Positions 22,216 to 31,126 of a stretch of 64,000 nucleotides of DNA are shown piece after piece. Origin of the DNA: an uncultured bacterium (GTDB lineage Bacteria; B130-G9); the NCBI GenBank assembly GCA_965372715.1, contig CBDVDH010000012.1:1-64000 (forward strand), read 5' to 3'. The position numbers were made by a program, and so were the translations under genes. Each line of letters begins with the position of its first letter. The first letter of the stretch is position 1. Under the pieces are notes generated by a model that saw nothing but the letters and a program-made list of their open reading frames with translations, made no database searches and was not told the DNA's origin.

Positions 22216-22594
22216 AAAGCACAACTTCAATCAGCTTGGGTAGGTCGTCTGTCATCGAGACAAGCCACGCCGAAGCGTAGGCCGGATGATCTTCTGCCGC
22301 AGTAACCAACCACCGATCTTGACCGTCGATGCGCGTGATGAACAGAAGAGGGATTTCAGCGCGTAGGGAACTGACGATATTCGTAATCAAGAGGCCATAC
22401 CCATCCCCAGAGACGCAAAGGTCGGTCAATACCAGATCGTACGTGACGCTTTCTAGTGCCTCGGGCGCCCTCGCCAGGCTGCCGACACGCTTCACCTGAT
22501 ACCCGAGGCTGTCGAGCACGTCTTCGAGAACCTGGCCAAAAACATCGTCATCGTCAATAACCAGTATCGTCTCACGCTTCCCGGCTGGCGTCAA
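22187..22594 (-). CDS. Stand-alone receiver domain protein (atypical)
   Basis: ILVIDDD, DLVLTD; the conserved C-terminal KP lysine is not evident. Confidence 0.7.
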   Translation of the reverse strand: MTPAGKRETILVIDDDDVFGQVLEDVLDSLGYQVKRVGSLARAPEALESVTYDLVLTDLCVSGDGYGLLITNIVSSLRAEIPLLFITRIDGQDRWLVTAAEDHPAYASAWLVSMTDDLPKLIEVVLSKEGRQLEG

Positions 22595-24378
22595 TAGATC
22601 ATGGTGGTTGGGTCCGCAAACCAGGGCACGAAATCGAGTGTTGCGGAAGTCCCGGTTGCCCTAAGCGGCATGACTATCATTGAGTCCCCGTGCTCTTTCA
22701 AGGTTCCCGGGATATTCTCGTTCTCAGAGAAAAGCTCCCCGCCCTCCACGACATTGGTAATCACGAAACCGAATTCGGGATTCAAAGTGCCCGTTGTTGC
22801 AGATGTGAATGTGCATTCCCCACCGGAGAATGTAACCCGGGAGTCGTTGCCGACCGCATCCCCCTCCCAGTAGCCATAGACGGTAGCACCCGACGCAGGC
22901 TCCGAACCTTCGGAGGTAATCGTGCTGACCGTAACATATGCCTCAGCATAGTGAGTGCCGCCTTCGCCATCCTTGACTGTGATGTTGACCGACGTCTCGT
23001 ACTCTGGGAACTGAGGAATGATCTCATCGAGGGCGAATTCAAGAGCCTTATTGACATCCACAAGCCCGAATCCGGTCTCGCAATCGAATCCGTTGATGCT
23101 GGAGAGGTCGATAATCCCCGATTCATCCCCGGGGTCCCAGTCGATCTTCGAGGCGGTTCCTTTGATCACAGCCAACGTCTCCTCTCGATCAAGCCCCAGT
23201 GACATCAGCACACCCGCAATGCCTGAAACCTGAGCGGCCGCGCCAGATGTTCCGGACGCCCACCAAAGGTCCCAACACCCTGAAGGTGCGCCTCCATCGA
23301 AGCTCTCTGCAAGTATCGCCTCCGGATACAGGTCCTCATTCCTGTCGCCCGAATCTCCTCCCGGCGCAACCACATCCAAGGCAACGCCGTAATTGGTGTA
23401 TCCCGCCGGAACTAAATCGCCAGGATTCTCCTCGGGAAGCGTCGCGCCCACGGCCAGGAAGTCGTTGTAGGCGGCGGGGAACTTAACGTAAGGGAGGTCG
23501 GCATTACCCGCTGAGCCAATCAGTACCGTGCCGCTAGTGGCCGCGTATGTGACGGCCTCAGCTAGAATCTCGCTATGAGAGTAATACCAGGAAAACCCAG
23601 CGCTGCAGTTGATAACATCCGCACCATTGTCCACCGCAAAATAGATGCCCTCCACCAACGAGGCAGTATCGCCACTTTGATACTCACCCAGAACCTTAAC
23701 CGGCATGATCTCACAGCCAAAGGCGATCGAGGCCACGCCCGTCGAATTATTCGTGGACTGAGCGATGACGCCACATACAAACGTGCCATGACCGTTGTCG
23801 TCATTAGGATGATAATCGTCGTTGACTGCGTCATACCCATCCACGAAAACTATGTCATCGAAGTCGGGGGCACGCTCGTATTCGTACTTCTCATCTTCAT
23901 AGCTCTCATAAGCAATGCCGGTATCCAGCACTGCTATGACAGCAGGTGCTGCAAAATCTGCATCTTTGAGGAAAAGGTCCCATGCAGCCTCATAGCCGAT
24001 ACTCGGGAGATTCCACTGCAACCAGTACCACTCGTCATTGGGTACTGAACAAGCTTGGCACTTATAAACCGGCTCCGAACGACAAACCCCGGGGACCTCT
24101 TCGGCGTTAGCAATTGCGCTTCTCAGGTCCGCATGGCCGGGTGCCTCAAGTCTAAGCATGCAACTTCGGCGATAATTGCGAATCAACGCGAAGCCCCGTT
24201 GGGAAAGGTCAGTGCAGAGATATCGCAGCTGCTGGTCTGCAATCCCGCGTTCGTACTGGACAAGAATCTGCCCAGGTAGGACGTCAGGTTCTCCGCACTC
24301 CTTCCCAACAAGGATCGTTGTGTAGCTGTGGAGTACCAACACAGCAACAAAGCCAATCAAGCAATTTCTAAGTCTCAT
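22591..24378 (-). CDS. Secreted S8 (subtilase) serine protease
   Basis: Signal peptide; triad motifs AVLDTG, NGHGT and SGTS; oxyanion SAGN. Confidence 0.92.
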   Translation of the reverse strand: MRLRNCLIGFVAVLVLHSYTTILVGKECGEPDVLPGQILVQYERGIADQQLRYLCTDLSQRGFALIRNYRRSCMLRLEAPGHADLRSAIANAEEVPGVCRSEPVYKCQACSVPNDEWYWLQWNLPSIGYEAAWDLFLKDADFAAPAVIAVLDTGIAYESYEDEKYEYERAPDFDDIVFVDGYDAVNDDYHPNDDNGHGTFVCGVIAQSTNNSTGVASIAFGCEIMPVKVLGEYQSGDTASLVEGIYFAVDNGADVINCSAGFSWYYSHSEILAEAVTYAATSGTVLIGSAGNADLPYVKFPAAYNDFLAVGATLPEENPGDLVPAGYTNYGVALDVVAPGGDSGDRNEDLYPEAILAESFDGGAPSGCWDLWWASGTSGAAAQVSGIAGVLMSLGLDREETLAVIKGTASKIDWDPGDESGIIDLSSINGFDCETGFGLVDVNKALEFALDEIIPQFPEYETSVNITVKDGEGGTHYAEAYVTVSTITSEGSEPASGATVYGYWEGDAVGNDSRVTFSGGECTFTSATTGTLNPEFGFVITNVVEGGELFSENENIPGTLKEHGDSMIVMPLRATGTSATLDFVPWFADPTTMIY

Positions 24379-24438
24379 CTCATCCTCCCTCTAACTCACC
24401 AATGTTGACATTCCGCACTCAGTATCCTTGATTTCTCC

Positions 24439-24455
24439 AGCATTTTGCGTGCCAA
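24439..24455 (-). promoter_or_regulatory. Sigma54 -24/-12 promoter for the subtilase
   Basis: Minus strand TTGGCACGCAAAATGCT, GG-N10-GC, about 60 bp upstream of the ATG. Confidence 0.75.
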
Positions 24456-24595
24456 AGCAGGTAACGATGTGACGAGACCGGTTCGCCAAGGTGCCTGACT
24501 GCTGAAATCGCCCGTCTATCGGCAGATCAGGAGAGCGGTGCGATCATGCAATTGGGAAAGTAGATTATGCGGTAGGTAGCGCCAAGTTCACGGAT

Positions 24596-24635
24596 TGAGG
24601 TGTACTCACCTCATAAATGAGGCGCTAGCGCCTCC
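24596..24635. promoter_or_regulatory. Tandem palindromic enhancer (UAS)-like sites
   Basis: TGAGGTG-tact-CACCTCA (24596-24613) and TGAGGCG-ctag-CGCCTCC (24618-24635), 22-bp period. Confidence 0.6.
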
Positions 24636-24830
24636 TATCGATCACTGGAACTGGCCTCCGGGGAGTGAGAGGGCTGAGCGAAGTGCGCCCATACACCCAG
24701 TCTCAGAACTGGGATTTCATGGTGCCGAGCCTCTGTTCAGCGTGTGTTCGGGTCTTTGAGCTGGCAGGGCGGCCTACGAGGTTCACAAGCGCGTTAGCCT
24801 CGCCGAATATCGCTCCCGCGAGGCAACCAG

Positions 24831-25829
24831 ACAGAGGGGGACGCCGATCTCACAATCACAGACATCTCCACCGATGATTCAGCGTTTTCGGTTACGATTG
24901 CCGGCGGGCTGCCCGCGACGATTAAGCCAGAAGATGAGGCCCAGGTGGCTGTTGTCTTCGCGCCGGATACAGACGGTGTGTTCAGTAGTGAGCTCCTAGT
25001 AGCATCGGACGATCCCGACACGCCAACGCTCATTGTCTCGCTCACGGGTGAGGGCGTTCCCATTCCAGGCGAGCTCACAGTTGAGGTAGCGGCCAACTCT
25101 GACGCCTTTGTGTTCGGCGATACCTTGCAGGTCAATCTCATAATCGAGAACACTGGGGAACCTGTTACGGTCGATCTCTTCGTTGCGCTCACCTTTGACC
25201 TGGGTGGTCCAGAGGAGAGACACTGGTCAGCTCTTGTCGGCAGAGACTGGGCGGAAGGCCTCTTGCATTACGACACGCATGTAGAGATTGAGACTGGACA
25301 CGATGAGACCGCGCAGGTTCTCTCAACGACGCTGCCGTCCGACGTCCCGATGGTTGTGAAGACGGGCGATTACACGCTTAGAACCGTTGCTGTCGAGGCT
25401 GGGACCCTCGACTTCCTGACGGACATTGCGACCGCTCAGTTCACGTTAGATGGCGAACCGTTTGTGGGTGTGTCCACCGACAAAGCCACCTATACGCTGG
25501 ATGGGGACACCGTTGTGATCTCTTTGGTCGTTGATGTGCCTTACGATCTGACCGCAGACGTTTACGTTCTGATGCTCGCGCCGGACGGTCAGTTCTGGTC
25601 ACCGACCGGGTTCGGCGAAGCGTCGTGGGTTTCAGACATTGTGCCGATCATCCCCAGCATAGCTCTTGACGGGGGATTCACCTTCTCAGGCCCCGCTTTT
25701 GCGGCCGGTTTGCCGGTCCATGCGCCATTCAACACAGCGGGAGAATTCACGCTATTCACAGCGCTGGTCGAGCCAGGCACGCTGACACCGTTTTCGGACA
25801 TTGGGACAGCCACCTTCGCTCTGCAGTGA
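24831..25829 (+). pseudogene. 5'-truncated secreted-protein gene (Ig-like ASH/choice-of-anchor-D domain plus two C-terminal beta domains)
   Basis: Frame open only from 24798; starts mid-domain (EGDADLTITDI...SDDPDTP...LTGEG) with no signal peptide. Confidence 0.65.
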
Positions 25830-26262
25830 GCCCATAGCCCTCACGCCTTGAGCAAACGCCCTCATCCAGTCCTTGACCTCGTGGCAATGGGCCCTGAAGA
25901 ACCCGAACTCGCACAGCCACACATCCGCACACCTTGACAACCGCAGAATATAGTGGCAGCCTCGGTCTAGGCACAAAAGGTGCCGTCCGAGGCTGACCCA
26001 TATAGACTACCAGGTCGGCAATTCGCAAGAGACCGACACAAGCTAGCCACCATGAGGCGCAGACCTCGCCTCGACCGATTGGCCGCAAAAGGCTTTCCTT
26101 CTCCTGATTGAACGTATCCGGAGGGCAGCTGTCTTTGGGCTGCTCATGCTGAGAGAGAATGTCGGCTTGCCCTGGAGTGATTCTGGTCATTCTGCTTTAG
26201 AAGGGCGTCTATAAACTGTACCCGGCGGGGCCGCAGCCATGTGGCATGATTCCCGGCTGTCC

Positions 26263-26370
26263 GGGCATGGTTGGGCATAGTTTACCCCCTTTTGTGGGAG
26301 TAGCCTAGGGATCCGGTAGATCTCCCCGGGTGCTGTGACAAACACCGTGAAACTATGCCCAACTATGCCC
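26263..26370. repeat. Iteron-like inverted repeat (putative ori) downstream of the helicase
   Basis: gggcatggttgggcatagttt (26263-26283) / aaactatgcccaactatgccc (26350-26370); 10-bp unit AACTATGCCC x2 per arm, one mismatch. Confidence 0.7.
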
Positions 26371-26374
26371 AGGG

Positions 26375-27985
26375 TCATCGCTTCAATCTGATTCCAAGGT
26401 AGGTGACTTTCTTCTTATCCGAGCCATTAGAGCGGAGTCGCTGCTTGTCGAATCCGCAATTCTTGAGCTCAATCCCGAATTGGGTCAGGGTCATAGTTGG
26501 TGTTTCACAGTCTTCGCAGAATTTGGTGTAGGCGGAATAGAGCGCGTCGGCAGTTTCTTTGAAGCCAGAGCGCGTTTCGCATTGGTCTGCGATGAAGACT
26601 TTGAGCGGGTTCATGTCGAGCTCGTATTGCCGAGTGTCGTCCTTGACGCTTCCGGGGATAGCGAGTCCGCTTCGGCAGAGTTTTATTGCCCCCTGCGCAG
26701 CCCAGGCGAGGACGCCAGGCCCCTCTTGCTCGATGATGACATTCCAGTATTTCTCGACGCGTTTGGTTTCGGGGACCTGGTTGTGGAAATTGATTCGCAC
26801 TGTGCGGCGCCACATCGCGTGTGTGGTGTCCTTGATTTTGGGCTCTGCGTTGGAGCATAGAACGAATGTACACACCGGGACGAAGACGGACTGAGGAGCG
26901 AAGAACCCATGTGTTGACAGCTGTGCGCCGTCGGCCAATCCTTTGACGAGCTCTTCGTTGATGCGACTGCCGCCGAACTCATTGGTATCTACGAAGCGGC
27001 AGCCTTTGAGCTCGGCCATCTCGAACTTTTCGTTCCGGGTGAGTTGGAGGGTTTCCGCCCTGATGTGGCGTGCGTATCCGCCGGTGACGTGATCGCCCAT
27101 GATGCCTCGCATAGTCTCGATGATTGTCGTTTTGCCATTGGAGCCTTCACCGAGAAACAACCACCATCTCTGTTGATCGGAGTTGCCAATTAGCATGTAT
27201 CCGCATAAGCGTTGGACATGTTCGATGAGCTCCACATCGCCGTCGAAGCAGAAGTCCAGATGGTCGAGCCAGAGCGGGCATTCGGCGTTCGCGTGGTAGG
27301 TAATTGGAGTGATTTGGGTCAGCATATACTCATGATGGTGTTTGCGCAGTTCGCCGGTCTTCAGGTCGATGATCCCGTTCTGGACGTTGAGCAGATACTC
27401 GTGTTTGTCTAGCTGGGACTCTTCGCATCGGAGCGGGGTGTTGAGGGATGCTTGATGTAGGCTCGCGGACATGCGCCGGTCTTGCATGGAGCTGCGTCCC
27501 CATCGAACGGCGATGTTTCGCTGCTTCTCGTCGTCTATTCGCGTGCCCACATAGGTCTGTGTGACAGCTGTTCGTCGCATGAGTTGGAGTGCCCGGTCTC
27601 TTGAGTTGCGCCGCCAGCGCTTGCGGTCCCACACGATCCAGCCGTCGTATTTCTGCACTCGGATGTCTGTTGGCTCGACGAATCTGACGTATCCTTTGGT
27701 GAGCCGTTGGAACGCGTATCCATTTTCGGCCTCGGTTCCATGTAATCCATTCAGAAAATGGGCGGTCTCTGCGTCGAGTTTGAACGGTTGTGGTACGTCT
27801 TCGGGACTGGTCTTGGGCCGCGTGGTTTTATGTGCGCCGGGGTCATCTTTTGGTGGGGCTGGCTGCTTATGCTTCTCTGCCTCGGCCTCTGCTTGATGAA
27901 GATTCGTGGGCTCTTGGGCGGTGCGCAAGCTGTCTTGCCAGGTGGCCTGTTCCTCAAGAACTTGGGTTGCTGGATTTTCGCTCAT
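26375..27985 (-). CDS. P4-family/D5-like SF3 helicase (phage/plasmid primase, P4 family)
   Basis: LLNVQNGIIDLKTG, CPLWLDHL, GEGSNGKTT, AMWRR, C-terminal winged helix ending YLGIRLK. Confidence 0.88.
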   Translation of the reverse strand: MSENPATQVLEEQATWQDSLRTAQEPTNLHQAEAEAEKHKQPAPPKDDPGAHKTTRPKTSPEDVPQPFKLDAETAHFLNGLHGTEAENGYAFQRLTKGYVRFVEPTDIRVQKYDGWIVWDRKRWRRNSRDRALQLMRRTAVTQTYVGTRIDDEKQRNIAVRWGRSSMQDRRMSASLHQASLNTPLRCEESQLDKHEYLLNVQNGIIDLKTGELRKHHHEYMLTQITPITYHANAECPLWLDHLDFCFDGDVELIEHVQRLCGYMLIGNSDQQRWWLFLGEGSNGKTTIIETMRGIMGDHVTGGYARHIRAETLQLTRNEKFEMAELKGCRFVDTNEFGGSRINEELVKGLADGAQLSTHGFFAPQSVFVPVCTFVLCSNAEPKIKDTTHAMWRRTVRINFHNQVPETKRVEKYWNVIIEQEGPGVLAWAAQGAIKLCRSGLAIPGSVKDDTRQYELDMNPLKVFIADQCETRSGFKETADALYSAYTKFCEDCETPTMTLTQFGIELKNCGFDKQRLRSNGSDKKKVTYLGIRLKR

Positions 27986-28356
27986 CCGGCCCCTCCGAGG
28001 ACGGACTCAAGCGTCCTGACTTCCATCATAATCAACCGCTGATGTGCCGCCTCGCTGTGGCGTTTGCGGATATATGCTCGCACTGCGCTGACTGTGATTG
28101 GCCAGTCGCCCCAGAGGCGCGCGACCAACCGAGCGAGGATCGAGTCGAAGATGTGCTGGAGTCGGATGTCCGTGTATTGTGGTCTGGTTTTTTCGCAGAA
28201 CTGTCGAAAGGCCACAATCATCGGATGTCGATCGGACTGCAAGAAATAGTTGGATTGACAGCGACGGGCCTCGTGGGGTAACTTGTCTGTGCTGTTTGGG
28301 TGGGCCGTCCTCAGGTTAGAGACTTGGGGGCGGCCCGATTCTCTTCGGTCGGGCAT
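27982..28356 (-). CDS. Hypothetical protein
   Basis: Stop overlaps the helicase start; same orientation as the xis-helicase run. Confidence 0.45.
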   Translation of the reverse strand: MPDRRESGRPQVSNLRTAHPNSTDKLPHEARRCQSNYFLQSDRHPMIVAFRQFCEKTRPQYTDIRLQHIFDSILARLVARLWGDWPITVSAVRAYIRKRHSEAAHQRLIMMEVRTLESVLGGAG

Positions 28357-28504
28357 TATTTGCCTCTTCGCTCTTTTGACTTGCGGGGTCCCGCGCTCAG
28401 ATCGAAAACATTCAGTTCTTTTCCGTCAGCTCCGCGTAGTGGTATCAGACGAAGCCTGTGCTCTTCGTGCTCGGAGTTCTTACGTTTGGGCTTCGTCGGC
28501 GCCA

Positions 28505-28729
28505 CTAAGTTCTGACTCCTTGCCCAATGGGCTTGACGCGGCTCTTCTCCAGAATGGCGTCGAGCTCGTGGCGATCGAATCGAAGGGACCCGTTGAGTCG
28601 CGAGAACGGCAGCCGACGGAGCCGGCAACGCTCATACAATCCCTTGCGGGTGAGGCCGAGATATAAACTGGCCTCGGCAACGTTCAGCCAGCGACGCGGG
28701 GGGCCTTGCATGATCAATTTTCGGGACAT
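28505..28729 (-). CDS. Excisionase/AlpA-like HTH protein
   Basis: WLNVAEASLYLGLTRKGLY...LPFSRLNGSLRFDRHELD; GGAG RBS. Confidence 0.85.
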   Translation of the reverse strand: MSRKLIMQGPPRRWLNVAEASLYLGLTRKGLYERCRLRRLPFSRLNGSLRFDRHELDAILEKSRVKPIGQGVRT

Positions 28730-28754
28730 GATTTCTCCTTGTCATCCCAATGAA

Positions 28755-28808
28755 AGTCTATAGACTGCGAATTCGTGCTTGACATGCCCTAACACTACTT
28801 GGTATAGT
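28755..28808 (+). promoter_or_regulatory. Sigma70 promoter (probably leaderless transcript) with an operator-like palindrome
   Basis: TTGACA 28779-84, TG-extended TATAGT 28803-08, ATG at 28816; agtctatagact palindrome 28755-66. Confidence 0.6.
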
Positions 28809-28815
28809 TGGGTCT

Positions 28816-29952
28816 ATGAATCAGCAGCGCACAAAAGCATTCTTAGAACGGCTCTACGGGGGCGAAGTCATTGTGGGTGGGAAGTCTGCCGAGGGAGATG
28901 AGGCGGGCTTTTATGGTGAGGGTCGAGATGAAGGACACCGGATGCTAAAGCAATATGGTCGGCCTGTTAAGTGGCGGGGCTTTTGGAGCAAGTTGAGGCT
29001 GGAGGGCGTGGGCGTTCATAGGGAAGCGCGTGACGGGTTTATGCTAGTGGTGGACGAGAAGGCTTCGACATTGCATAAGGCTGTGGTGCCTTGCCGATTG
29101 ACGTTTCGGGAGCTGTGCGATCTGGTTCTTGAGTGGAATAAGAGCGTGAAAACTCTTCCCTTGTATGAGCAGGACGTTGGCTTGGCCGCCAATCTCTGTG
29201 AGACGTTCGGGAAGAGACGGGCGGCAGGGATTACACGACAAGACCTTGACGAGTACTTACTGGCTCGAAAGGAGAAGGTGGGCTGGGCTTCGGTCTGTCG
29301 TGAGATGAGTTTTTGTGGTCATGTCTTTGACATGGGAATCGCGTGGAAGTTGCTCGAGGATGATCCCGTGCCGATGGTTTGCGAAAACCCGAGGCTCCAC
29401 TTAGTGGAGCAGCCAGACGAGCATAATGCGTGGTGCAAGAAATACGATGTGATCATGTTTAATCTAGTGAAGCCGTCCGATGTTGTGCGCGGCCTTTATG
29501 TGGGGGAGCTGGATGATTGTGATATGTCGGTGGAGTATGAGCGAGAGAGATTGCACAAGTTGTATAAGTATCGCGGTTATATCCGAGAACCTGTTATAGA
29601 GAAGTTCCTATTGCCTTATTTGAGGTCAAAGGGGCAGTCGGGGACTGATCTTGAGCTTTTGGATCATGCGGGTGACGAGGCGTTCGCGCCGGGAGAAACG
29701 AAGCCACAACTTTCTCTTGGGGAGGGCAAGACGGGGCAAGAGAAGTTTCTGAGGACTCTCGAGCAGGAAGGGGCGTCGCGGTGTCTGCTATTAGCGGTCG
29801 AACGTGCCAATCGGCTGTTTCCGAAGTACCGCTTCAACGTGCGAGGCGGACGACCACGGCTGTCTTGGCGGATGCAGAGGAAGGAGATGGTTGCGCTAAG
29901 AAGAGCTGCGATGCGATATTTGAAATCGAGGGAGGGAAATGGTGAAGAATGA
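28816..29952 (+). CDS. Hypothetical protein containing an integrase core-binding (SAM-like) domain
   Basis: LTFRELCD...ITRQDLDEYLLARK...ASVCREMSFCGHVFDMGIAWKLLEDDPV; no catalytic RHRY motifs. Confidence 0.6.
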   Translation: MNQQRTKAFLERLYGGEVIVGGKSAEGDEAGFYGEGRDEGHRMLKQYGRPVKWRGFWSKLRLEGVGVHREARDGFMLVVDEKASTLHKAVVPCRLTFRELCDLVLEWNKSVKTLPLYEQDVGLAANLCETFGKRRAAGITRQDLDEYLLARKEKVGWASVCREMSFCGHVFDMGIAWKLLEDDPVPMVCENPRLHLVEQPDEHNAWCKKYDVIMFNLVKPSDVVRGLYVGELDDCDMSVEYERERLHKLYKYRGYIREPVIEKFLLPYLRSKGQSGTDLELLDHAGDEAFAPGETKPQLSLGEGKTGQEKFLRTLEQEGASRCLLLAVERANRLFPKYRFNVRGGRPRLSWRMQRKEMVALRRAAMRYLKSREGNGEE

Positions 29953-31054
29953 AGGCCCGAAATGTAGGGGCTTACGGAAGAGGAATGGACGTTGGATGAT
30001 CGACTGTCAGATCAAGGGCGTTCGTATTCGAGAGTGCACGGGAAGTTCGTCGTTCTCGACCGCGAAAGATATTCTCGAGCGGCGCCGAACGGAGCTAGCG
30101 AGAGAGCGACATCTTGGCGAGCGCCCTGTGCCGAAAACCACGCTTGGCGAATTGATCGAGACCTATCTTCGACGGCCTGACGGCAATGTATGTGACGAGA
30201 CGAGCGTCAAATCGATACTAAGGTTCTTTGATGGGACTCGCGGTGCAGGGTCGATACACGTAGAAGATGTGCTCGCGTATCGAGAATGGCGAGCCTCGCA
30301 GGTCAAAAAAGGCGGTGGGTCGATAAGCCCTCGGACGATCAACATCGAGGTTAGTTTCTTGAGGTCGATGTTTAACTTTGGGATCAAGGCGAACCTCGTC
30401 TTGAGTAATCCGGTGGCTGGTCTTCCGATGCTGCGCGAGGCGAGAAGGTTGCGCATCCCGACGAAGGGTGAGGTCTTCAAGTTACTTGAGGCGGCGCGTC
30501 AAGGTCCCGGATACCTACGGCCGCTTCTGCTGTTGGCTGTGAATACGGGCGCAAGACGCTCAGAATTACTTGGTCTTGAATGGGGACATATCCGCTGGCA
30601 GGAGGGGCGGCTGTGGATTGCAAAAGGGAAGGGCTCCGTGGATCGATACGTGCCTATGAATGAGGCGGTTGTGGTGGCGCTCAGGAGCTTGCCGCAGACT
30701 GGACAGTGGGTGTTCCCTGTCAAGAGCGTGAGGACTGCATATTGCACAGCTCGGCAACGAGCGGGCCTCGATGCGAGTTTGACGCTTCATTCGCTGCGGC
30801 ACTTTTGCGCAAGCCAGTTGGCAGAAAATGGCTGCGACGGTTTCGCAATTATGCAAATCTTGGGACACGTCAGTTTGTCGATGTCGGCTCGTTATATTCA
30901 CGTCTCGGAAGCGCGGACAAAGGCGGGGGTTCGAGCGCTTCCTGATTTCGCAGAAGATGTCGATGCGCCTGAGGCTGATGACGTCATGAGCTTAGAACGG
31001 ATGGCGCCTCAGCGGCACGGGGCGATTCTTGGGGTCGCCAAAGCAGCCATTTAA
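29939..31054 (+). CDS. Tyrosine recombinase/integrase
   Basis: TGARRSEL, KGK, HSLRH, LGH, RY catalytic set intact. Confidence 0.95.
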   Translation: MVKNEGPKCRGLRKRNGRWMIDCQIKGVRIRECTGSSSFSTAKDILERRRTELARERHLGERPVPKTTLGELIETYLRRPDGNVCDETSVKSILRFFDGTRGAGSIHVEDVLAYREWRASQVKKGGGSISPRTINIEVSFLRSMFNFGIKANLVLSNPVAGLPMLREARRLRIPTKGEVFKLLEAARQGPGYLRPLLLLAVNTGARRSELLGLEWGHIRWQEGRLWIAKGKGSVDRYVPMNEAVVVALRSLPQTGQWVFPVKSVRTAYCTARQRAGLDASLTLHSLRHFCASQLAENGCDGFAIMQILGHVSLSMSARYIHVSEARTKAGVRALPDFAEDVDAPEADDVMSLERMAPQRHGAILGVAKAAI

Positions 31055-31073
31055 GGGCTTGTGGGTGGTTGGA

Positions 31074-31122
31074 CACCTGCTTTGCACGCAGGGGGTCAGC
31101 GGTTCGAATCCGCTCATCTCCA
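31074..31122 (+). mobile_element. attR-like duplicated 3' part of tRNA-Ala(TGC)
   Basis: cctgc-tt-TGC-ac-gcagg anticodon arm, T arm ggttcgaatcc, 3' ...atctcca; no matching 5' acceptor strand or D arm. Confidence 0.85.
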
Positions 31123-31126
31123 TTTC

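Larger units (their letters stand above)
1..31122. mobile_element. tRNA-Ala-integrated genomic island (left end probably outside the window)
   Basis: Integrase next to the tRNA 3' fragment; defence and mobile cargo to the left; I found no second att copy in the window. Confidence 0.55.

Noticed and set aside
31050-31122. Complete tRNA-Ala gene
   Set aside because: No 5' acceptor strand complementary to catctcc and no D arm; only the 3' two-thirds is present
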